Positions 11,926 through 22,881 of a stretch of 33,451 nucleotides of DNA are shown here, piece by piece. The position numbers were made by a program, and so were the translations under genes. Within the stretch, counting starts at the first letter, position 1; each line of letters opens with the position of its first letter. The notes under the pieces are model-generated. The model ran no database searches. It was not told where the DNA came from and worked only from the letters and a program-made list of their open reading frames with translations. Source of the stretch: Octopus bimaculoides (taxonomy: Eukaryota); NCBI RefSeq assembly GCF_001194135.2, contig NC_068983.1, positions 7,539,196 through 7,572,646 on the forward strand. The letters are read 5' to 3'.

Positions 11926-13256
11926 AACGTGGACTAACCGTCTGTCCATTACAGCCACTCGTTCCCGTCTCTCACCAAAAATAATGAGGAAAATTTTCAC
12001 AGGAAGGATTTGAGCCGCTTGAAAGCGCTATCGTGCCATTTCGATAAGTAAGTCTCAATTATTAGCCTTAGTACGCCACGTTGGGTATCACGTTCAAAGA
12101 CCAACAGTATGTCATCTTAGTTTTATAGAAAACCTTTTGATTTCCTTCCTTCCATACCGGCAATGTTTTCGTCGTTCCATCCAGCAAACCCTCTTTCCTT
12201 GGTTTCTCACTTTCCTTTCGGGCAATTGTGTTTCGGTCAACTGATTCGGTCAACTGCTGTTGTTTTGCCTTCTCAAATTCACTTAACTTCCGAGCACTGA
12301 GCTTCTCTTCCTTTTATTTTCTTACATCATCTTCTAATTCTAATTGTCCTTTGTCTCGACATTGCTGAGCTGAGAATTAAGTTAGCAAGGTACACAAGGG
12401 TTCTCCCCACGCACACTTTGAGATGTAGTAAAGCTTTAAGTGTCTGTTACGTCTGGGTGGTTCCTTTGTATGTTTCTTCTACTTGAATATTGTTATCAGT
12501 ATTGTATTATTTCTTAAGCGTCAGCAACTGTTGTCGCTTCTCCAATTGTTGTTTTTGCTGTTGGGGTGGTTGCACTTTTACCGCCTTACTTGACAGTGAC
12601 AATAGTAACTGCTCCGCTTGTTGCTTTTCATTTCGCTGTTGCTATTGTAGTAAAGGCGTTGGCAATCAGTGTTGGGTTGGCGCGTTTCAGTTATTTCTCC
12701 TTTTGTTTCTGTGTAGGGCAGAAAAACCATCTTACAGCCCTTACTGTTGTATGTAAAATAATCTGACTTTCTTTTCTCTACCATAGTTCCAGTGCCTTAG
12801 CGCTACTGGTATTCATTAAACACATGCCAATCTTACGATCAAATGTTTCCCAGCCATAACTATTCTATCGTACATTCAGAAATACCTAATATTACATTAG
12901 CCAACCTGCCTTTCGTTTAAAACGGTAAAGTAATATTTAATGGAGATTTGGTTGATATCTCTAGCAAATCGAATGACTGCATAAAGACTCACTCCCCGCT
13001 GGATCATCAGCTTCATGTTTTCCTCACGCAATTTGTGATGAACACATCTTGTATTTTGCTTGATATCTGTCCAGATATCATCCACACTAAAAAAGTTCTC
13101 TTGGTGGGGAGAGGGAATGCCGTGAATTTTATAACTTGTCGGTAATCCACAAAAAGGCAGTAGTAAGATGTTATAGATCTCCAGCATGCGAAGATTAGCA
13201 TAAAGAAAAAAATTGCCGAACGTTGATATAAATTCCAAATATCACCCATTAATTCT

Positions 13257-13446
13257 CAGAAACGTTAGCACGCCGTTACGTTCTGAGTTCAAATTCCGCC
13301 GAAGTCGACTTTGCCTTTCATCCTTTCGGAGTCGATAAATTAAGTACCAGTTACGCACTGGGGTCGATGTAATCGACTTAATGTCTCTGTCTGTCCTTGT
13401 TTGTCCCCTCTATGTTTAGCCCCTTGTGGGCAATAAAGAAATAAGA
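13257..13446 (+). mobile_element. SINE family B, 5'-truncated, with an internal deletion between two GCCG microhomologies
   Basis: cagaaacgttagcacgccg|ttacgttctgagttcaaattccgccgaagtcgac..gcaataaagaaataag. Compared with the reverse complement of 19764-19996, the segment between the two gccg is missing. Confidence 0.9.
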
Positions 13447-13596
13447 ATTTGATACAGAACAGCACTAGCACTAAACAAAAATGCAAAAACTCGGAAGTAG
13501 AATATTGCATGGTATAATCTTCGATATAGTTTAAATTTTTCTTCAAATATTGCCCAGATTTTTCTGAAACTTATAAATAAACAGTTCTCTGTAGAC

Positions 13597-13815
13597 TAGT
13601 GGTTCCCAACCTGGGGTCTGCAGATCCTTGGTGGTCTGCAGATCCTTGGTGGTCTGCAGATCCTTGGTGGTCTGCAAAAGTAGTACTGGGGATCCGTGAA
13701 CTAAGTTCAAAATTTCATATATATGTATATATACATAAGGGTAAGCATATTAAAAGGGGTCCGTGGGAAAAGTCATTTAAATAAAAGGGTTGGAAACCAC
13801 TGTTGAGAACCGCTG
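13597..13815. mobile_element. hAT (Charlie-type) MITE
   Basis: TIRs tagtggttcccaacc / ggttggaaaccactg (13788-13802), plus a second right end gttgagaaccgctg (13802-13815). 8-bp TSD-like flanks ctgtagac / ctctagat fit the Charlie NTCTAGAN target. Internal 18-bp tandem repeat x3.4. Confidence 0.85.
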
Positions 13816-13919
13816 CTCTAGATGGTACATAGAATATGATTTTTAATAGAAATAACGTGTGAAGAAGAAGACAACATCATAATCGGTTTGGTATTCTTGT
13901 GATATATCAAACTGAACAA

Positions 13920-14530
13920 GTTGTCGTTGAGCATTGGAGCATAAGAGAAATGGACAGATCCCGTTGAAGCTACCTGAGATTCATAAATAAACCTTTAAGC
14001 TTTTGCTACAACGGTAATGTGCAACTTCCTCCTCTTCAATCTTATAATGATGAGCTCAATCTATTTTGTGATGCAAATAATGGAAAAGCTAAAAGTTTCA
14101 GGTAAATAAACGAAATTATAATTGTACAACTCATTATGTTTCATTTGGTGCAAAAATTACAACACCTAAAGAAAGAGGACTTCCTTATTTTAGAACTCAA
14201 GTACAAGCAAATATTCTATTTGTACCCTGTAGTCGGAAAACAAATAGTTCAGCGTATGACGGATATTTCTATTATTGATCCTAATGAAAATTTAGAATAC
14301 CGGAAAGAAGCACTTTAAGAGTTTGTCTTATGTGATGAACACAATACAAGATATTCTGATTTCTCACAACTCATTCGTTGAACTGCCTAAAAATATTTGG
14401 TTGAGTTGCAAGAATTGGTACGTGCACTTAGAAAAACTTCAGCTTCCCATTATTACGACATGCACTTTAGAGACGAGGTCTTAAAATCATGCAATACAAT
14501 TTTCGTACGAGTAATTAAACCCCCGCTATG
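13920..14530 (+). pseudogene. decayed Helitron Rep/helicase, N-terminal region
   Basis: Stitched frames read VEHWSIREMDRSR*SYLRFINKPLSFCYNGNVQLPPL...KAKSFR / RNYNCTTHYVSFGAKITTPKERGLPYFRTQVQ / ISIIDPNENLEYRK. These match Helitron RepHel motifs (CCxxGxVxLP; RxYNxxFxxxSFGA; GPxxFRIQGQ; LYIYDxxE). Confidence 0.75.
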
Positions 14531-14763
14531 TTTATTGGCGACAAATATACCCCCACCATCACATACACACACAAATCAGGATATTCATTTGAGAAATACG
14601 CCACCAACAAGTATTTAATATCTATCTTGCCAATTTTGACTCAAATGTGCCACCTTCTTTTTATTTTTTAATATTGAGTTTGGATGGCGCAGTGTTACGC
14701 AACATATTGATGAATAACGGATCCGTGTTCGAAATAAAGTGATTAGATAAGAGTTCTGATGTA

Positions 14764-15403
14764 CCCTATTTTCTGGTCTATAAAACGCATCGGTATTTAA
14801 GCCGCAGGGCCGAATTTGGAGGAAAATTTTAGTTTTATCCACACATAAAGCACACTGGTGTTTAAAGCGTACCAGTGTTTAAAAAAACCTGTAGAGCTAG
14901 CTTTTTTGCTGTTGACGTGTATGTAGTTTAAAATGCCTTATTTTACAACTATGAGATGTATTGTTATTGTTATGATTTTATCTTACTATAATCGACAACA
15001 GACACATTTCATCAATATTAAAGTCTGTATTCGATTAAAAATAACATTATCAAAACCTGAAGGTAAAACAAAACAAATATACTTTGTTTCCTTCCAGGCA
15101 CCAATGTGCTGAAGCAGTAGTACTTCACATTGTTGACCAACCTTTCCTCTGAGAAAATCAGTGGAATTTGTGTATGGAGATCGAATAATTTGTGTATGGA
15201 GAGGAATTGTTTTGACATAAGCACAAGCCCACACACTTCGGAAAGAGGTGGAATCGATTTAACCGACTCCAATACTTTGATGTCCACACACAAATTATTT
15301 TCCTCCTGAAACTTATAAAAAATACACACATTAAGCACCTTTCTCTAAGCCGTACACTAAATTTCCCAGGTAAAATATAACGGCTTATACACCGGAAATA
15401 CGG
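14764..15403. mobile_element. non-autonomous Tc2/pogo-type DNA transposon (MITE)
   Basis: TA|CCCTATTTTCTGGTCTATAAAACG at the left and CGGCTTATACACCGGAAATACGG|TA at the right form an imperfect ~25-bp TIR with a TA TSD. Confidence 0.75.
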
Positions 15404-16587
15404 TAATCGTCGTTGATAGAAAGGTAGCTTCAATGTTATTTACAGATCAAGAACGTATGTTGCAACATTATTTCGTCGACGCCACTCAGAACGTTGCCAC
15501 CACCATGGGAAGACGATTAAGTTAAACGATTTGAACCAAGATGGAAAAGAAGGGCTCAGTCAAGAAGGAAGCGCATTGTAACCAGCGGTGTATAACATCT
15601 GATCGTTTGGTCGTTACAGGTTATATAAAAGTGATTTAGTCGACGCAGGTGTGAAGGTTGAAAACTTTTGTTTACAATTTGAAGGAAACTACCATTCTCA
15701 GTTGCAATACGTATGTTACTATGGACAGATGAATTTCCTTACACTTAAAGACTAGCTCATTAGAACTGGAGGTAGTATTTATACTTAATTTTCCTTTCAT
15801 TCTAAATTCACGTAATATGTATCTCTACTTTAAAGATATTGTGGCAATAGTAACGAAGTACGACACACCTGGTTCTTTGCAAACTTACACCTCTAATCCA
15901 AAATATCTAGAAATAATAAACATTCTAACAAGAAATAAAACTAGACAATGGGACAAAATAGCTTGAGTGTATCTTACGACGTTAAGTTACACTCAAGCTA
16001 TGAAGTACTTTCGACCTTATAGTGTTAATGAATGATTTAACGGAGCAGTATGTCTTTTGAGTTTCGCTTGCTCATGTCCACGTATTAGAATTTCAGAAAT
16101 GTGATCTTCCACATTACCATTTCCTAATTATTCTTCGAGGTGTGGATGAAATAATAAATCAAGTTGATATTGCCTGATTAGTCTCAGCAGAAATTTTGGA
16201 TGTAAACGAAAACAGAAAACTGTATGAAGTGATTATGAGGATTTGTGATACACGGTCACTGTAGCGTTGACAATCCCTCATCAACTTGCATGGAAAAATG
16301 GATTAGCTTTAAAAAAATTCCCCGATAGCTTTAAGGACATGTTATTTAAATCGAAACGGTTACACTAAATACCATCAGCGATATTCTCCTTTTTCCAATT
16401 TTTCATCTTTTTCCTAGCTCCCCATGTTTCCTCTCCGTTTTCTTTCTTTGAGCAGAAGGACTAACATCGGAATCGTGAAAGATACTTCTTTTCCTTCTGT
16501 TCAAACGTTAAACTAACACCTTATGCATAGTCTTGTAATCTTCCCTGTTGCTTTTTAACTGCGTGACACTTTGCACCTATATATATA

Positions 16588-17654
16588 CAGGGGTTGGACA
16601 AAATAATGGAAACACCTAGCATCATAGCATCATTATTTTGAAATATCTATACAACCGTCAAAAGCGTGTTTATTTTTATGTTTTTGATTTATTATTAGTG
16701 TTGCTAAATATATTTTGCTGATGCATATGGCAGGCGTTAGAGTAACGAAAACAGCTGAAATGTTTGGTGTATCAAGAAGTACTGTTTCGAAAGTAATGAC
16801 GGCCTTTGAAAAAGAAGGAAAAACCTCCTCGTTGGAACAAAACTCCGGAAGAAAAACAGAACTTTCAGATAGGGACCGTCGGACTCTTACGCGAATTGTT
16901 AGAAAGGATCACAAAAGTACATCTCCCAAAATTGCTGCAGAGCTTAATGACCATCTCGAGAACCCAGTTTGCACAAAAACTGTTGGCCGGGAGCTGCACA
17001 AAGCCGGATTTCATGGGAGGGCTGCAATAAGAAAACCATTACTTTCAAAAACAAACGTTTAGAGTGGAGTAAAAACCTACAGAATTGATCCCATGGGCAG
17101 TGGAAGGATGTTATTTTTTCGGACGAGTCATTCTTTACCTTTTTTCCGACCACCGGCCGATTATATGTGTGGAGTCAGCCAAAAGAAGCATTTGACCCAG
17201 ACTGCCTTCTTCCAACTGTTAAACATGGAGGAGGATCTGTGATGATCTGGTGGTGGAGGGATGGGGGTGCTATATCTTGGAAATCCGCCGGCCCAATGGT
17301 TTCCCTTCATGGCAAAATTAATAGTAAAGACTATTTAAGTTTTTTATCTGATCAAATTCATTTAATGCTTGCGGAACTGTTTCCGGAGGGAAACGCAATT
17401 TTTCAGGATGATAATGCACCAATTCACACAGCTAAAGTTGTTACTGAATGGAACAAGGGACATTCTAGTGAAGTTGAACATCTTATTTGGCCACCACAGA
17501 CCCCAGATCTCAATATTATTGAACATTTATGGTGCATTTTAGAAAAACAAGTAAGGAGTCGATATCCTCTACCGTCATCACTACAAGAACTGGAGACTGT
17601 TTTAGCTGAAGAATGGACAAAATTCATTTGGAAACAATTTTTGGCCGTAGCCTG
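16588..17654 (+). mobile_element. Tc1-like transposon with disrupted DD36E transposase
   Basis: TA|CAGGGGTTGGACAAAATAATGGAAACACC left TIR. HTH region 16715-17062 (GRK..LSDRDRR, GRAAIRKPLL), then IFSDES (D at 17122), FQDDNAP (D at 17410) and PDLNIIEHLW (E at 17521). Frameshift near 17060, a TGA stop and a 15-nt in-frame insertion. C-terminus and most of the right TIR are deleted; the end at cctg|TA is tentative. Confidence 0.92.
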
Positions 17655-18308
17655 TATGAGCATTTATATTGCTAGTACTGTGATAGACGATTAGATTTCA
17701 TATTTTCTTTCCAGTTTAGCGATCTTGACAGCTGTGTTTTAAGTAAAGTAGGGATGGTGAAGTATCTTACATATTTTTCCGACTGGTTTCAGCTATTGGA
17801 GGTAGTCTTCAAACGTCTTAGTCGATCGTATAGAATCCAATATTTCAATTTCATTCTTTGTGTCTATGTTGTCAACTCACCAAAGTACACTTTGACACAC
17901 CAGTGTGGACAATATTGTTTACTACCCTAAATTGGTGCTTTAATATCTAGTCTCTGCCTGTCTGCCTGTCTGTCTCTATGTCTGTGTTTCTCTGTCTTTA
18001 AACAAAATCAACGTAAATCCCTCTAAAAATTAATTTCCATGTGAAATCGCCTAATAAAACACATTATAAATAATCACGAAGGGTGGTGATCCTAAATGCA
18101 AGACCTGCGTACATGCATACATACAAATATATANNNNNNNNNNNNNNNNNNNNNNNNNNNNNNNNNNNNNNNNNNNNNNNNNNNNNNNNNNNNNNNNNNN
18201 NNNNNNNNNNNNNNNNNNNNNNNNNNNNNNNNNNNNNNNNNNNNNNNNNNNNNNNNNNNNNNNNNNNNNNNNNNNNNNNNNNNNNNNNNNNNNNNNNNNN
18301 NNNNNNNN

Positions 18309-18466
18309 CGAAAGAGTACAACAGAGGTCGCTACCACCCCCTGCCGGAGCCTCATGGAGCTTTAGGTGTTTTCGCTCAATAAACACACACAACACCCGGT
18401 CTGTGAATCGAAACCGCGACCCTCTGACCGCGAGTCCGCTGCCCTAACCACTGGGCCATTGCGCCT

Positions 18467-18468
<2 letters not shown>
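18309..18468 (-). mobile_element. 5' part of SINE family A (remainder in gap)
   Basis: Nearly identical to 790-960 and 21780-21939. Confidence 0.9.
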
Positions 18469-18512
<44 letters not shown>

Positions 18513-18544
18513 GTCTATTATGTGTGTATGTATGTACATGAACT

Positions 18545-18633
18545 GCCAGTCCTTCGGATATGACCAGTTGAACAGGTTGTTCCATTGATTGTATCATTTG
18601 TAACCACTCGTCGCCGTAACCGACGGAGTGCCA
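18545..18633 (+). mobile_element. 3' tail fragment shared with SINE family A
   Basis: caggttgttccattgatt..actcgtcgccgtaaccgacggagtgcca resembles the family A 3' end. The upstream part differs, so it may come from a related SINE or the partner LINE. Confidence 0.55.
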
Positions 18634-18815
18634 CTTTTTATGTATGTATGGATGTATGTATGGATGCATGCATGTATGTGTGTGCTTATATATCAATGCA
18701 TGTATTTAAACGCAAGCAACTGGTTGACAACAACAATAATGACAATCATAAAAATTAAAGTTATATGCATTGATATATATGTGTGTGGTGGTGGTGGGTG
18801 GGAATATTCGTATAA

Positions 18816-19044
<229 letters not shown>

Positions 19045-19562
19045 ACGGAAAGAAACAGAAAGCCGAAATCATAATGCATTGTATATCGAGATCAGCCATA
19101 TGCTACCACACACACACACACACACACACGATATTATTGAAAGTGTCAGTAGGAAGGAACGCAGGTGCAAGACGATGTGCACTGAAGCAAGGTCTCGTTT
19201 TAAGGAGAAAAAATAAATAAATAAAAAAATAAGTTTCCTTTGTAATTGAAAAGTGTTGAAGAAGTGCCTTAAATCAGCCAAGCTTGATGCGTTGTGTCAT
19301 TTTCAACTAGAGGGTTAATATCAACGGACCTCCGCCGATATCGACGATGAATATTCAGTTAATGGATTTAGTGAGCAACTTGCATATTGAATTAGCGCGT
19401 AAGTCGCTGAGAATTCCGCGGATGAGTTTATCTCTATCGAATGGTTATCAATCATTTTTTTTTTTTTGCCTGTGGTCTCCTTCGATTCTTGCTTTACTCT
19501 ACTGGACCCCAGAGTTGAAAAAAATCCTATCATATTTTTATAATTAGATATCATTAACTTCT

Positions 19563-19996
19563 TATTTCTCTATTGCCCACAAGGGGCTACACACAGAGGG
19601 GACAAACAAGGACGGACAAACAGGTTAAGTCGATTATATCAACTCCAGTGCTTACTTCGACCCCGAAAGGATTAAAGGCAAAGTCGACCTCGGCGGAATT
19701 TGAACTCAGAACGTAGCGGCAGACGAAATACCGCTAAGCATTTCGCCCATTGTGCTAACGTTTCTTATTTCTTTATTGCCCACAAGGGGCTACACACAGA
19801 GGGGACAAACAAGGACAGACAAAGGGATTAAGTCGATTATATCGATCCCAGTGCGTAACTGGTACTTATTTAATCGACCCCGAAAGGATGAAAGGCAAAG
19901 TCGACCTCGGCGGAATTGGAACTCAGAACATAACGGCAGACGAAATACCGCTAAGCATTTCGCCCGGCGTGCTAACGTTTCTGCCAGCTCGCCGCC
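19563..19996 (-). mobile_element. tandem dimer of SINE family B inside one 15-bp TSD
   Basis: Full copy 19764-19996 (head GGCGGCGAGCTGGCAGAAACG) plus a 5'-truncated copy ~19563-19764. Flanked by atatcattaacttct at 19548-19562 and 20000-20014. Confidence 0.92.
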
Positions 19997-20014
19997 TTAA
20001 TATCATTAACTTCT

Positions 20015-20218
20015 ATCTTTTACTTGTTTCAGCCATTAGACTACTATCATGCTGGAGCACCGCTTTGAATAATTTTTAACCGAAAGAATCGACCGCAGTA
20101 CTTTTCTTTTAAGTCTAGTACTTATTCGATCGAACTCTATTGCCGAACTGCTAAGTTACGGGGACCTAAACACACCAACACCGGTTGTCAAGCGATGCTG
20201 GGGACAAACACAATAACA

Positions 20219-20280
<62 letters not shown>

Positions 20281-20463
20281 TATATATACATATACGACAA
20301 GCTTCTTTCAGTTTCCATCTACCAAATCCACTCACAAGGCTTTAGTCGGCTCGAGGCTAAAATAAAAAAAAAGACAGTTGCCTAAGATGCCACGCAGTGA
20401 GACTGAACCCGAAATCAGGTAGCTGGGAAGCAAGCATCTTATCACACAGCCACGCCTGCACCT
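20015..20463 (-). mobile_element. full-length SINE family C with internal (CA)n
   Basis: Head AGGTGCAGGCGTGGCTGTGTG..GGGTTCAGTCTCACTGCGTGG, internal microsatellite, 3' end ..CTGAAACAAGTAAAAGA. Collinear with 33011-33398. Confidence 0.88.
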
Positions 20464-20544
20464 GTATACTGGGATTGCTAAAATATTTGATGCATAATGG
20501 AATTATAACCAATTTGTTGCACGTAGACTTTAGCAACAAAATCT

Positions 20545-20590
20545 TCAATGGATCCCCGAGGGTCATTTGGATCCCGTTTGAGAACCACTG
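20545..20590. mobile_element. right-end fragment of a Charlie-type hAT MITE
   Basis: ggatcc..gtttgagaaccactg resembles the termini at 13788-13815. Confidence 0.4.
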
Positions 20591-20663
20591 ACAAGACAGG
20601 ATTTGGGGATTATTGGTAACATTGATATGATAGGCTTCAGGTCAGTTTCCTCCAGTGAAGTGT

Positions 20664-21104
20664 GCCGACATGGGAGAGCACCGCCTTAAAATGTTTACTT
20701 GAAAGAATTGAATCCAATACTTTTTTTTTCGTTTTGAAAGTTTGGTATTTATTCGATCGATTTCTTTTGCAAACGTTGCGGAAACGTTAGCAAACAAACA
20801 CTGGTTAGCAAGCGATGTGGCTGGCGACAAACACACAAAGAACGCGCGCGCGCGCATACATACATGCATGCATACATACATGCATGCATACATACATGCA
20901 TACATACACACACATGCATACATACCTACAAGTATATATGCACGCACACACATACATACATACATACATACATACACGCACATACATGCATACGTACATA
21001 TACACATACATACATTCATACATGCATACATACATACATACATACATACGTACGTACATAATACATACATACATACATACATACATACATACATACATAC
21101 ATAC

Positions 21105-21133
<29 letters not shown>
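20664..21133 (-). mobile_element. degraded 3' half of SINE family C followed by a long (CATA)n/(TG)n tract
   Basis: gagcaccgccttaaa..tattcgatcga..gcaagcgatg..gacaaacac, then microsatellite 20855-21133. Confidence 0.6.
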
Positions 21134-21135
<2 letters not shown>

Positions 21136-21550
21136 AAGAAAGAGAGACATATAAACAAAGGGGGTAAGAAAATTATGTGCTGTAAAAAGTGTTTGCTATA
21201 AATAATTGATATTAATAAATATATACAAAAATGAGAACAAATGAAGTAGAATGCAATGTACAGGGATAAAAAGAATTGTTACATAAATGTTATACAATTT
21301 TACTAATATTCCAACGATTAATTTCATAAAATATTTAAGAACAAACAGTCAAGTCAAATTTTATGATCAGCTGGATAATTTAGCTGAAACTTTTATAATT
21401 TGTAATAAGTTTTCAGTAACGAAACAATAGTTCCACAAACTACTCGAAAAGGAAAGAAACGCCTTAGAAAAACTCAGAATATTACAAAAATAGCAGTGGT
21501 CTTCCTCCAACTTCAGCAACGAAGGACAACGCTGAGATTGTGAAAAGTCT

Positions 21551-21939
21551 GTTGTTGTTAGCACTCCGTCGCTTACGACGTCGAGGGTTCCAGTCGATCC
21601 GATCAACGGAACAGCCTGCCCGTGAAATTAATTAACGTGCAAGTGGCTGAGCACTCCACAGACACGTGTACCCTTAACGCAGGTCTCGGGGATATTCAGC
21701 GTGACACAGTGTGACAAGGCTGACCCTTTGGATTACAGGTACAACAAAAGCAGGAAGAAAGAATGAGAGAAAGTTGTGATGGAAGAGTACAGCAGGGTTC
21801 GCCATCATCCCCTGCCGGAGCCTTGTGTAGCTTTAGGTGTTTTCGCTCAATAAACACTTACAACGCCCGGTTTGGGAATCGAAACCGCGATCCTTTGACC
21901 GCGAGTCTGCTGCCCTAACCACTGGGCCATTGCGCCTCC
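21551..21939 (-). mobile_element. full-length SINE family A
   Basis: Head GGAGGCGCAATGGCCCAGTGGTTAGGGCAG, B box GGTTTCGATTCC, (CAA)n tail. Collinear with 582-960. Confidence 0.92.
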
Positions 21940-22278
21940 ACTCTGACAACTAGAAAAGTTGCATAAGCTGATCTTAAAGAAAGGATCTGTGTAACAAATA
22001 TTAATGAACACCTGTGGTAAAGAAACCATTATTGCTACTTCCGGTCCAGGTGCCTCGTGTTATATTTTGGTTGAAGGCTGACAACTAGATATTTGTAATA
22101 AAGGCAGACACGCTTATATTTGCGTTTTGAATACTCGAGTGGAACATTTGATTAAATAAAACAATTTTATTCTCAGTAATGGTTTTTCGTCACGACAATT
22201 TGTTCCAGCTCGAAAACCATTATTTTCACAAGTTCTATCAGAAATTATACTGCGATGCAGTGAAATACAGCCATAATA

Positions 22279-22482
22279 GTGGACGTCTGTGGGAAACTGA
22301 AATGTCGCTGCGATAGGTCCCTCCACTCCTGGGGCCTTCGTGGTTTATTTTGCCGCCTAAATGCTGGTCGTTTCGGTCGTCACACAGAGCTAAACCTAAT
22401 CGTTAAGCGGGCCCTGGCTCGGGTTAATATCTTCTCAGTTCTGGAGCCGGCAGGACTATCCAGAAGCGATGGGAAGAGACCA
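22279..22482 (+). pseudogene. fragment of a CRE-clade non-LTR retrotransposon (zinc knuckle and start of the restriction-like endonuclease)
   Basis: Stop-free translation VCGKLKCRCDRSLHSWGLRGLFCRLNAGRFGRHTELNLIVKRALARVNIFSVLEPAGLSRSDGKRP matches the CRE signature CxC..GxHxLxC..GRxxRHxxLNxIIKRAL..PSxLEPxGLxRxDGKRPDG. It is truncated just before the catalytic D. Confidence 0.8.
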
Positions 22483-22881
22483 GCATTTGAATAAAAATTT
22501 TCAAAACTAAGAAAAAAAAGAAACACTGTAAATATTTCTTTAGCCGCATGATTTTGACAGCACTTCAAATATATGCACAGAGAGGACACACTGGAATACT
22601 ACTGTCTTAAATTTTCCTACCGAATTTCCCAAACTCAGTTGAATAACTGGAACTCACTCCGCTTACATATATCATCTTATCTTTAATATTTACAATGCTG
22701 CAAAAGTTTCCATTGACCGTTTTTTCATAAAGCATTTTTTTGTTTTTGCAAGTTTTAGCTGCTGTCCTTGAAACAGCAACCAGAAGTAGAATAGCCACCT
22801 GAGATGTTTTATTTCATAAAGAAATTCCAGAAACTACTTAAAAACATTGCAAGTTCTTTTCCCAGCCTCCATATAGTGACT

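Noticed and set aside
13615-13676. CRISPR-like repeat
   Set aside because: Head-to-tail 18-mers with no spacers, inside a eukaryotic MITE. No cas genes.
19305-19320. piggyBac-like end (AGGG|TTAA)
   Set aside because: No matching left end found.
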